Source of the DNA: a virus | Virus record (IMG/VR): IMGVR_UViG_3300020165_000009 | Length of the DNA: 64,000 nucleotides | Reading direction: 5' to 3' (one strand) | In this document: in pieces, positions 55,130 to 63,617 of the stretch | Numbering within the stretch: the first letter of the stretch is position 1 | Layout of the letters: the number at the start of each line of letters is the position of its first letter | The notes under the pieces: generated by a model | Told to the model about the DNA's origin: nothing | The model's input: the letters and a program-made list of their open reading frames with translations, nothing else | The model's database searches: none | Translations under genes and position numbers: made by a program

Positions 55130-56182
55130 ATGAGCTGGAAATCATTAACACAAGTATACTTACAAGAGGCTGCCTTAAAGAATGTTACTAAACTAACACG
55201 GCAACAACTAGTCGGTGAGGACGTCTCAATATACGCTAAAGAAAACGATAAAACAGAGCATATAGGCGACGTGAGTAGAGAGTACTATGATAGTGTTCTC
55301 AAAAATAGAGTTGAGCTAGGTTCGCATGAAAATGTTAGCTTACGTAAGGTAGTAGAGCAGCGTTTAGATAAATGTAACGGTAATATTGATAACAATGCTG
55401 ACATATGGCAAAATTATATGTTAGAAGGTGCTTTCGATATGTCAGCTGATAATTTTGATAGTAGTGAAGACTATTTACTATCTCTAGTTGAGCAGAGTAC
55501 ACCGTTTTACCTAACTGATTTTATAAAAGCCAACTGGCCTGCTGCAGATGTAGTAAACAAATACTATGAATCTGCATTTACCAGTATGCCACAAGCTCCA
55601 GTTTTTGGCAGCCCGGGCGCAGGTGAATTATACTTAGCTTATTTTGCAAATGGCAGTAAGCCTAAGAAAGGTGATTTGAGTGTAGGCGGAGTTGAAATTG
55701 AACTTAAAGGGCCAGGTGGTCGTATTTTTAAGACACCAAAAATAGTTAATGATTTTAGCGACCTGCAGAAAGATTATAAAGATGAAGATGAATTATTAGA
55801 TAATATTACTGAATATATTGCTAAACTATCACAAACTGCGCCACATAAATCATTGATTCGCGAAATGGTAGCATTATTTAAAGAATCAATGATTGAAGAG
55901 CATGCCTACTTCAGAGAACGCGGAAAGATGAGACCAGGTAACGAGCTCGTCTATATAGGGGGTTTAGCTCAATTATATGCATATAAGCAAGTACAGGGAT
56001 TTGACATCTTTATGTCCTTCTCCACACAAAAAGATGGTAGAATACTCTTCAAGCCAGTAAATATGAAGAGTATCAATAATCTAGTAGGGCTGCATAAGCT
56101 AATTACAAGAGACACATTCTATAAATTTGGTGTTAACCGGGATGGTTCCGGTTGGTCACTAGATAGAACTCAACCAAAATGA
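55130..56182 (+). CDS. PD-(D/E)xK nuclease-like protein with capsid-targeting-like leader
   Basis: SPGAGELYL...KGDLSVGGVEIELKG catalytic-type motif; leader MSWKSLTQVYLQE. Confidence 0.6.
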   Translation: MSWKSLTQVYLQEAALKNVTKLTRQQLVGEDVSIYAKENDKTEHIGDVSREYYDSVLKNRVELGSHENVSLRKVVEQRLDKCNGNIDNNADIWQNYMLEGAFDMSADNFDSSEDYLLSLVEQSTPFYLTDFIKANWPAADVVNKYYESAFTSMPQAPVFGSPGAGELYLAYFANGSKPKKGDLSVGGVEIELKGPGGRIFKTPKIVNDFSDLQKDYKDEDELLDNITEYIAKLSQTAPHKSLIREMVALFKESMIEEHAYFRERGKMRPGNELVYIGGLAQLYAYKQVQGFDIFMSFSTQKDGRILFKPVNMKSINNLVGLHKLITRDTFYKFGVNRDGSGWSLDRTQPK

Positions 56183-57999
56183 AAACATTCAAGCAATACT
56201 ATAACACTATCCTAAATGAAGGTGGTGCCGCAGGTCATATGGCTCATCCATTTGACCTACCTCAAGTTAAGACAGGTAAGGATTTAGTGAGCTTCTTCGA
56301 TAGAGCTGTTAGTTCTATTAAGACAAACCCACCTTCTGTTAAGATTGACGGTGTGAATGCTAGTTTTAGACTCATTGATACACCTGAAGGTAAGGAATTC
56401 GCACTCGACAGAGGTAGTATGAAGCCTCTAGACCTTGAAGGTATCACAATCGATAAGCTTGTAGCTAGATTCGGCGAGGGACATGGAATGGTTAATGCAG
56501 GCCGTACACTATTGACCATTATGAATGAGTCTATAGATGAAATTACACCCGAACTCAAGCAATTAGGTATGTGGGATAATGCAAATAGATTTTTTAATAC
56601 AGAGTTCGTGCAAGGTACTACTAATGTACTACAGTATGATAATGATTTCCTCGCGATCCATGGTATTAACGAGTTCTATCAAGCGACTCCTAAGAGAAGA
56701 GCCAGTAAAGAGGTTGAGTACAATCCAAAGGTACTTGATTCACTTATTGAAAAGCTTGATAAGACTGCAGCAGAATATAATTTTAAAGTATATGGTAGTG
56801 TACCTGCCACTTTAACTAAGCAGCCTAACTACGCACACGTGCTTAGTAAGAACTTTAACGTTAATGTAGGTACAGAAAGAATTTCAAAGCCCTTGCGCGA
56901 TTATTTAAATGATGCTAATAACCCATTCGGGGATAAGATCACATTACAGGATGGTAAAAAGGTAGGAGCTCTTAGTAAGTTCGTCTATCTACAGATTCTT
57001 AACGGTGTACCACTCGATACATTTATAAAAGATGAAGCTGATCACCAAAAGGCTATTGATGGAGCGGCAATATACCACGCTACTAGACTTTTAGGTGACG
57101 AGCTGCTAACAACCTTAACATCCGACATGGGTGACGTTAAGTACCACGAAGGTATTGTTATAAGAGACCCAAAATTTCATAGCTCACCAGTCAAGGTTAC
57201 CGGTGAATTCATTATTGGCGGTATGTCATCACAGTTTAGAAAAGAAGATGAAGAAGTGACGCCTTACTATTCTAATTACGTCACGGAACCACCAGTCAGA
57301 GGAGATTTCTTCGGTAGAGGTCGCTTTAAACAAAGTGTTGATGCAATAGGTGAGAGCTTTGATGCTGTCTACAACAGTATAATGCTAAGAGAGTTTGAAG
57401 AGCCTGACAATGAGCGCGTTGTTGTTATATACCCCGGTAGATTTCATCCGTTTCATAAGGGTCATTCATCAATATACAATAAATTGACGCAAAAATTTCC
57501 TTATGCCGACGTATATATTACTACTTCTGGTAAAACTGATGAAGATACATCACCATTTACGTTTGACGAAAAGAAAGAGATGATGATATCAGCTGGTGTC
57601 GATGCTGATAAGATCGTTCAAGTAGCATCTCCTTATATTGCTAAAGAGATAACTGAAAGATATGATGGAGATAATACTAAAATCATCTACGTAGTATCTC
57701 AGAAAGATATGGAGGGTTCATCAGCTAGATTCAAATTTGGCACTAAGCGAGACGGTACACCTAGCTACTTTCAACCTTTTGAGAGTGTAGGTGAGAGTGA
57801 GTATATGTCAAAGCACGGCTATGTTGATGTACTACCGACTATGGACTTCAAGATTAACGATAGAAGCGTAAGAAGTGCTTCAGAAATCAGAGATATGTAT
57901 AAGAATGCTGATGATAGTCAAAGAGAAGATCTTATCCATAGTTTATACGGTTCTAAGGACCGGAAGATAAAGAATATCTTTGATAATAAGCTAGTTTAA
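56179..57999 (+). CDS. Fusion of a ligase-like nucleotidyltransferase domain and an HxGH cytidylyl/adenylyltransferase domain
   Basis: N-part GHMAHPFD, KIDGVN, EGIVIR...VK; C-part YPGRFHPFHKGH and SASEIR; leader MKTFKQYYNTILNE. Confidence 0.75.
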   Translation: MKTFKQYYNTILNEGGAAGHMAHPFDLPQVKTGKDLVSFFDRAVSSIKTNPPSVKIDGVNASFRLIDTPEGKEFALDRGSMKPLDLEGITIDKLVARFGEGHGMVNAGRTLLTIMNESIDEITPELKQLGMWDNANRFFNTEFVQGTTNVLQYDNDFLAIHGINEFYQATPKRRASKEVEYNPKVLDSLIEKLDKTAAEYNFKVYGSVPATLTKQPNYAHVLSKNFNVNVGTERISKPLRDYLNDANNPFGDKITLQDGKKVGALSKFVYLQILNGVPLDTFIKDEADHQKAIDGAAIYHATRLLGDELLTTLTSDMGDVKYHEGIVIRDPKFHSSPVKVTGEFIIGGMSSQFRKEDEEVTPYYSNYVTEPPVRGDFFGRGRFKQSVDAIGESFDAVYNSIMLREFEEPDNERVVVIYPGRFHPFHKGHSSIYNKLTQKFPYADVYITTSGKTDEDTSPFTFDEKKEMMISAGVDADKIVQVASPYIAKEITERYDGDNTKIIYVVSQKDMEGSSARFKFGTKRDGTPSYFQPFESVGESEYMSKHGYVDVLPTMDFKINDRSVRSASEIRDMYKNADDSQREDLIHSLYGSKDRKIKNIFDNKLV

Positions 58000-58307
58000 A
58001 TTTTTTCTATTGAAGCAATGTTTGCGTAATATGGTGTATTACTTAACACTACTTTGACTTCATCACCGGGCTTGAAGTCTTTACTGAGCTTAGGATCAAA
58101 ACCAAACTCATCTTTCATTCCCCATTTGGTTTTAGCATCGTGACCCTTAAAAGTCATAACCCATACTTTACCAAATCTACCAGGTGATCTTTGAGTTTGG
58201 TAAACATCGGAAATTGTAAGGTCTAGTTCTTCTCCGATATTATTCGCGAGAACATCATCATAAATAACAGCACTGCTCTCTTCAAAATATTGTTTAAATT
58301 TTATCAT
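57996..58307 (-). CDS. Small late protein with capsid-targeting-like leader
   Basis: Start chosen at 58307 (MIKFKQYFEE); beta-rich body. Confidence 0.55.
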   Translation of the reverse strand: MIKFKQYFEESSAVIYDDVLANNIGEELDLTISDVYQTQRSPGRFGKVWVMTFKGHDAKTKWGMKDEFGFDPKLSKDFKPGDEVKVVLSNTPYYANIASIEKI

Positions 58308-58311
58308 ATAA

Positions 58312-58971
58312 CTAAGCTCCTTCGAATCCTGTATCTCTAGCGGCGGGGTCTTCACTGATATCATCGAACTTCAAAGTCCTGATACCTCCATCTTCATCCT
58401 CTGCATCTTCTACTTGCTCATGATTATCCTGATAATCGAGGTGGTGGAATACTGAAGAGAGATAATCTGATGCCTTTGTAATTTTTGCTGCAACCCAACC
58501 ATCTAGAGAGTCTACATTGGCTATATGGTCGAATAATTTCGATGAATATTCAGCGGCTTTAAGTAGGTCAGCTCTCGCCATATCAACCTCACCATCATAA
58601 TCGTCCTGGTCGTGGTCGTGATCACAGTCATCATCTATCTCACCAGCTTGTATATATACTGTCTCATCTTCAGCAACACCACGAACATTTGGTATATGAC
58701 GTACCCGTGAATGGGGCGTAGTACTACCAATTGATGTTACTCTAATCATAGAGGGTGTACCGTGACCTAAACCAAGATCGTCCTCTTCAGGAATCTCTTC
58801 ATCATTAGGATTGACATAAGTCGGGTCTGATCTAAACTTCGGACCACCTCTACCATCTGAATCTGCATCTCCTTTACGGAGATGACCGCCCTTTGTATAG
58901 TGTTTACCTTTTGGAGCTTCTTTTGCTTCCATGTACGCCTCATATATGAGTTCAGATTCTACCTTAGCCAT
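58312..58971 (-). CDS. Acidic modular late protein
   Basis: TATAAATA upstream; leader MAKVESELIYE; helical module EVDMARADL...WVAAKITKASDYL; EDAE linker. Confidence 0.6.
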   Translation of the reverse strand: MAKVESELIYEAYMEAKEAPKGKHYTKGGHLRKGDADSDGRGGPKFRSDPTYVNPNDEEIPEEDDLGLGHGTPSMIRVTSIGSTTPHSRVRHIPNVRGVAEDETVYIQAGEIDDDCDHDHDQDDYDGEVDMARADLLKAAEYSSKLFDHIANVDSLDGWVAAKITKASDYLSSVFHHLDYQDNHEQVEDAEDEDGGIRTLKFDDISEDPAARDTGFEGA

Positions 58972-59003
58972 AATAATATTTATACTATGTATTAAATAAT
59001 TAT

Positions 59004-59429
59004 ATGGAATTTGATAAGTTATATAACCAGCTCATGGAATCCTTACAAGAGGATGCAAAGAAGTGTTGGGACGGGTATGAAAAGGTTCCGGGTATTCCGC
59101 GTAGTAAGCAAGGCTCATGCAAGAAAAAAACTGAAGGTGAAGAAGTACCTGAAGAAGATGCTGAGTATAGAGGCAGGAAGGTAACTCTTAATAAGCCCAC
59201 CAGAGGTGATGTTAAGAAGTTTAAGGTATATGTAAAGGATCCTAAGACTGGTAACGTTAAGAAGGTTAATTTCGGACATGGTGGTACGTCTGCTAAGAAG
59301 AGAGGTGAGAAGACAATGAAGATTCGTAAGAGTAATCCAAAGGCTCGTAAATCTTTTAGAGCTAGACACAAGTGTGATCAAAAAAAAGATAGAACCACTG
59401 CAGGTTACTGGTCATGTAAGAAGTGGTAA
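59004..59429 (+). CDS. Late protein with DUF6321-like basic domain
   Basis: KCWDGY module, EDAE, then YRGRKVTLNKP...KKVNFG...RKSFRARHKC...AGYWSCKKW. Confidence 0.65.
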   Translation: MEFDKLYNQLMESLQEDAKKCWDGYEKVPGIPRSKQGSCKKKTEGEEVPEEDAEYRGRKVTLNKPTRGDVKKFKVYVKDPKTGNVKKVNFGHGGTSAKKRGEKTMKIRKSNPKARKSFRARHKCDQKKDRTTAGYWSCKKW

Positions 59430-59463
59430 TAGAGTATAAAGCTATATATTAAATAATTATACG

Positions 59464-60351
59464 ATGAGTATTAAGACAACCATAAATACCCCAGAAAATA
59501 CTCTCAACTACATGAAGTATGTTGAGATTGAAAATGATACTCGCTACCCAGCAGTAACTGGTGGATCGGGTCAAGATGTTTTTAATAAGTCTGCAATTTT
59601 AGTACAGCAAATCGACCCGCTCGGGTTAGATATCGGTGGTCAATCAGGTACTGATTATGTTGAAAAATTTGGTGCTAATTTAGAACTTGGGAATAACTTA
59701 GAAACTATATGGGAGACAGGTGGTCTATATACCTTTTTAACTACTGCTGGTCCAATTTCAGCGGTAAGTACAGATGCTACAGATAATCAAGCGGGTACAG
59801 GAGCACGTGAGATAGAAATTTTAGGTCTTGATGAGAATTATGAAACTATAACTGAGCTGATTTCAACTAATGCGACTGATGGCCGGAATGGTGGTCCTGT
59901 ATCTACTCAAAACTTTTTAAGACTCTACAGAGCTAGAGTAACTAAAGCAGGTTCAACTGGTACCAATGATAGTGTTATAACGATGAAATCAGGTGGTATA
60001 ACGGTAGTTACAATAGGCACGCATGGTACCGGTGCCAATGAAGAAGGTTTTGGTCAATCACAGACAGGAGTATACACTATACCTGCAGGTAAGACGGGGT
60101 ATTTAACGCAGTGGACCATGGGATGTAGCCGATATAATGAAGGGGTAAATGCCTTTATTTATGTAAGACCAATTAACGGGAATGGTACTACATCTATATT
60201 AGATAATGTCTTCTTTATCGGTAATACAATAAAAGATTATAAAGTACCACTACCTCTAGAGGAAAAAACCGATATCGAAATCAGAGCATATAACGGCGCA
60301 ACTGGCATACCTGTCAACACTACGTTTAATATAATCTTAGTAGCTAATTAG
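59464..60351 (+). CDS. Putative virion structural protein
   Basis: Gly/Thr-rich beta protein (GTGAREIEILGLD, YTIPAGKTGYL); TAAATA upstream. Confidence 0.6.
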   Translation: MSIKTTINTPENTLNYMKYVEIENDTRYPAVTGGSGQDVFNKSAILVQQIDPLGLDIGGQSGTDYVEKFGANLELGNNLETIWETGGLYTFLTTAGPISAVSTDATDNQAGTGAREIEILGLDENYETITELISTNATDGRNGGPVSTQNFLRLYRARVTKAGSTGTNDSVITMKSGGITVVTIGTHGTGANEEGFGQSQTGVYTIPAGKTGYLTQWTMGCSRYNEGVNAFIYVRPINGNGTTSILDNVFFIGNTIKDYKVPLPLEEKTDIEIRAYNGATGIPVNTTFNIILVAN

Positions 60352-60389
60352 GTTAGTTGTGAAAAAGAAAGAAGTAAATAAATAATCTT

Positions 60390-60974
60390 ATGAGTGGAGT
60401 TGTACCAAGAGCAGGCCAAGTAAGTATATCGTGCATCAATTCGGTAAGAAGGTGCAAGACTAATCAGCAATCCCGTATTGTCGAAAATCCAAATACTTAC
60501 GCTACCGGTAGTCAAAACTTCTATAGAAATCGGGCTGCCATGCGCGGGTTTAATGGAGAAGATAACGGTCTGTATTTTTCTGAATTTAGAGGTGCTCAAG
60601 TACTGACAGCTTGTATTCGTACATTCCCTGAAAGTAACGGAGGTACATATGGTACCATCAATGATGGTCGGATTCAGGCGTGTATTAGACCTGATACTAT
60701 CAACACAGACGGTGGTAATAGGTATTATGGTTACCGGATCAACGGCTCTGGTCCGTTTCAAATATGTACAAACAATAATGTTAAAACGTGGACCGGTTTA
60801 GAGGGCGGTGGTACAGGAGCTGGAGGTACTGCAAGTGGTGGATTTAGAGACTATTGTGTCGAGCTGAAAGATAATACATTAGGTGCAAATATTAGACAAA
60901 CTGCTCGCGTTACTTATGCTGGTGGTCAGAATCTATACGGGTGCGTGCAGAATCAAGATAATCTTAGCGTCTAG
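60390..60974 (+). CDS. Cys/Gly-rich late protein, possible fibre/adhesin subunit
   Basis: N-terminal P..GQVSISCIN...FSEFRG resembles phage fibre-associated proteins; TAAATA upstream. Confidence 0.45.
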   Translation: MSGVVPRAGQVSISCINSVRRCKTNQQSRIVENPNTYATGSQNFYRNRAAMRGFNGEDNGLYFSEFRGAQVLTACIRTFPESNGGTYGTINDGRIQACIRPDTINTDGGNRYYGYRINGSGPFQICTNNNVKTWTGLEGGGTGAGGTASGGFRDYCVELKDNTLGANIRQTARVTYAGGQNLYGCVQNQDNLSV

Positions 60975-61022
60975 TGAAGTGGCTTTATGTTGATGTTTTA
61001 AGCGACAGTACTAAATAACCGT

Positions 61023-61913
61023 ATGCACTTTGAATATGTATTACAGGAAGTAAGCAAGCGCTTTTTATATACTATAAATTACACGGATGATTCCGGAGAA
61101 CGGTTATACGCGCTAGTAACAACATCACCTGATATAGCTCCGGAGGAGGTGGTGTCTGAAGTACACAGCATTACAGAACTCAAGGAATTTGTCTTTTGGG
61201 ATTTGTTTAGGAAAAAAATATTACGCCTGCCTACTGCGGAAGGTGATATTAGTTTCACCTTCCATAATTTGCACCTATTACCTGGTGATGATGTCGCTGA
61301 GCTTCTAAACATCACGGATCAGCAGATCATAGATGAGCATAATAAAGAAATTATTAATATACACAATAAGCGACGTCAGGTCATTATAGATATACAAACT
61401 GAATTAAGTGCTGAGTATAATATGGTATTTACAGAAGAAGATACAATGTGCTATATAAATCTTATTAATACACACCGATTTGCGGAGTTCGAGCCAGGTA
61501 GGCATGCATACCTGATCAAGTTGTGTATGCTACTCAAAAGCACACCCTATAAGCTCCTAAGAGGGCCGATGGATATGCAGGATTTTGAGAGAGCAAAAGA
61601 TCAGTGGTTATTTGTAATTAAGAGTCATGTTGAAAAAGCTAAGGCTCAGCTCGATAATGAGGCTGCCTCACTAGACGGTAAAGCAGATACATATGAATAC
61701 GATTTAGAAGAGATTGAAATTATAAAAAACTTACTTGATGAGATTCCCGAGGAGTTTAGAGATGACCTAGATGAGTGCACAACATATAAAGACCTGCTCG
61801 AAGCATGGCCACCGCTATTACTACCAGCGCCACAGTTTATTATTGATCCAAAAACGGGAGTAAATGTTTTCGCAGCACTCGAAAAACAGATCGAATGGAA
61901 GCTTTATGATTGA
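61023..61913 (+). CDS. Hypothetical protein
   Basis: 296 aa; TAAATA upstream; C-terminal WPPLLLPAP; heads the modification operon. Confidence 0.6.
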   Translation: MHFEYVLQEVSKRFLYTINYTDDSGERLYALVTTSPDIAPEEVVSEVHSITELKEFVFWDLFRKKILRLPTAEGDISFTFHNLHLLPGDDVAELLNITDQQIIDEHNKEIINIHNKRRQVIIDIQTELSAEYNMVFTEEDTMCYINLINTHRFAEFEPGRHAYLIKLCMLLKSTPYKLLRGPMDMQDFERAKDQWLFVIKSHVEKAKAQLDNEAASLDGKADTYEYDLEEIEIIKNLLDEIPEEFRDDLDECTTYKDLLEAWPPLLLPAPQFIIDPKTGVNVFAALEKQIEWKLYD

Positions 61914-62778
61914 TCTATCTAAGAACATACACTATGATGAGATTTTTTTAGGTCAACTTCAAATATGTTTGAGTAGCCTTAATATTGGTAGTAATGGGCT
62001 GCTGAGGGATGATGGTGTTATAGATATTATATCTAGCTACTATAATATTGATAAGAAAAATTTATCGATAGGTTTTGGCTCTGGGGATGTATTGAAGAGG
62101 ATTATAGATTTACCAGAAGTAGATCACTTATATGTTGTTGAACCGACGTTTAGAGGTGCGATGGTATACGCTCGTAATAAAGGCATATCATACAGACCGT
62201 TACATTACACTACATTTAACGAAGTACAACTATCATCACTCCCCACCAATGGTATTATTTATATAGCAAACCCGAACGGTAATAACGGTCACAGTTTTAA
62301 AAGAGAAGACCTACTCGCGATCATTAAACGTAGTAAGTTAACTATCCTAGATGAAGCGTACATTGAGTTTGGTGGTGAGTCACTTATAACTAATGTAAGT
62401 GATAAGTTAATAGTATTGAGAACATTTAGTAAGAGTTTAGGTATGCCTGGTATTAGGTGCGGTTTTGCAGTATCATCAGAGTCAAATATTAATAAGCTAA
62501 GAAAACGTGATTTACTGTATAACTCTACAAGTTTAGCATATCATATCTTAAACGAAAAAATTGATCAGATACCGCTAATTGTTGATAGAATGAAGCAAGG
62601 TAAGGATTTTTTACAACAGAATTTTAATCATATAAAATCTGATGGTAATTATGTTTTATTGGATACTAAGTATGCCGATACATTTAGTAAATTTTGTAAA
62701 TTCTCCACGCGCGGCGATTACTTGAGGATAGCATTAACAAATAAAAGATTATTAAAGGAATGTCTACGGATGGGTTAA
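61906..62778 (+). CDS. PLP-dependent class I/II aminotransferase (HisC/CobD-like)
   Basis: YIANPN, ILDEAYIEF, LRTFSKSLGMPGIRCG; start chosen at 61906. Confidence 0.88.
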   Translation: MIDLSKNIHYDEIFLGQLQICLSSLNIGSNGLLRDDGVIDIISSYYNIDKKNLSIGFGSGDVLKRIIDLPEVDHLYVVEPTFRGAMVYARNKGISYRPLHYTTFNEVQLSSLPTNGIIYIANPNGNNGHSFKREDLLAIIKRSKLTILDEAYIEFGGESLITNVSDKLIVLRTFSKSLGMPGIRCGFAVSSESNINKLRKRDLLYNSTSLAYHILNEKIDQIPLIVDRMKQGKDFLQQNFNHIKSDGNYVLLDTKYADTFSKFCKFSTRGDYLRIALTNKRLLKECLRMG

Positions 62779-63617
62779 ATATATCTGATCATAGGGATGC
62801 TCAATCTAATATAGATAAAGCTAGTAATATATACTCTATGCTACGTGCTGTTGAGATTAACCCAACTGAGCTATGTAACCGGCGGTGCTCATTTTGCCCT
62901 AGACATGATTCTAAACTATATCCAAACACTAATAACCATATAAGTGTAGATACAGTTAAGAGTCTATGTAACAGCTTAAGAGATATTAATTTTAATAATA
63001 GAGTAGGGTTCGTTGGTTTTGGTGAGCCTTTATTACATGAAGATATATACGAATGTATCCGAGTCACTAGAGATATACTACCTGGTCTAAAGTGGCTAGA
63101 GATTAATACGAACGGCGATTTATTAGATAGAGAGACCTTAGAGAACCTTCATACAGCAGGTTGCTCTCACATTGCAGTAAGTATGTACGACGAGGATATA
63201 ACTGATAGACTAACAGCGATGAAGGAGGATATACCTATTAATTTCATATTCAGACATCACTACGATAAGAGTAATAATTATAATCTGAATATAGTTAATA
63301 GGTCAGAATTACTAAAAGGCGATGCCACAGCTTATTTCGATACACCGTGCCATATTCCATTTTATAAAGCCATGATTGATTGGAATGGCGATGTATTGTT
63401 ATGTAATAATGATTGGAAGAGAAGTAAAATATATGGCAATATAAACGAAGTAAGTTTTGATAAAATTTGGTTTGGTGATGAGTTGAATGCTCATAGAGAT
63501 AAGCTGATGTGTAGTAGATCGCATTGCGATCCATGTAAGAACTGCTCTGTTGGTGGATTATTAAGAGGAGCTGAATCAATAGAGGTGTATACCGAATATC
63601 ATGAAAGAGTGCATTAA
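62760..63617 (+). CDS. Radical SAM protein with SPASM/twitch domain
   Basis: CNRRCSFC, GFGEPLL, INTNG, PCHIP...GDVLLC...GNI...CDPCKNC. Confidence 0.92.
   Translation: MSTDGLNISDHRDAQSNIDKASNIYSMLRAVEINPTELCNRRCSFCPRHDSKLYPNTNNHISVDTVKSLCNSLRDINFNNRVGFVGFGEPLLHEDIYECIRVTRDILPGLKWLEINTNGDLLDRETLENLHTAGCSHIAVSMYDEDITDRLTAMKEDIPINFIFRHHYDKSNNYNLNIVNRSELLKGDATAYFDTPCHIPFYKAMIDWNGDVLLCNNDWKRSKIYGNINEVSFDKIWFGDELNAHRDKLMCSRSHCDPCKNCSVGGLLRGAESIEVYTEYHERVH

Noticed and set aside
1337-63579. Many short ORFs antisense to or nested in the called genes (for example 1656, 6480, 9227, 9986, 21262, 29831, 31422, 38657, 48721, 59000, 60348)
   Set aside because: They are shadows of well-supported genes, have Ser/Leu/Ile-rich antisense-type composition, and show no motifs or promoter geometry.
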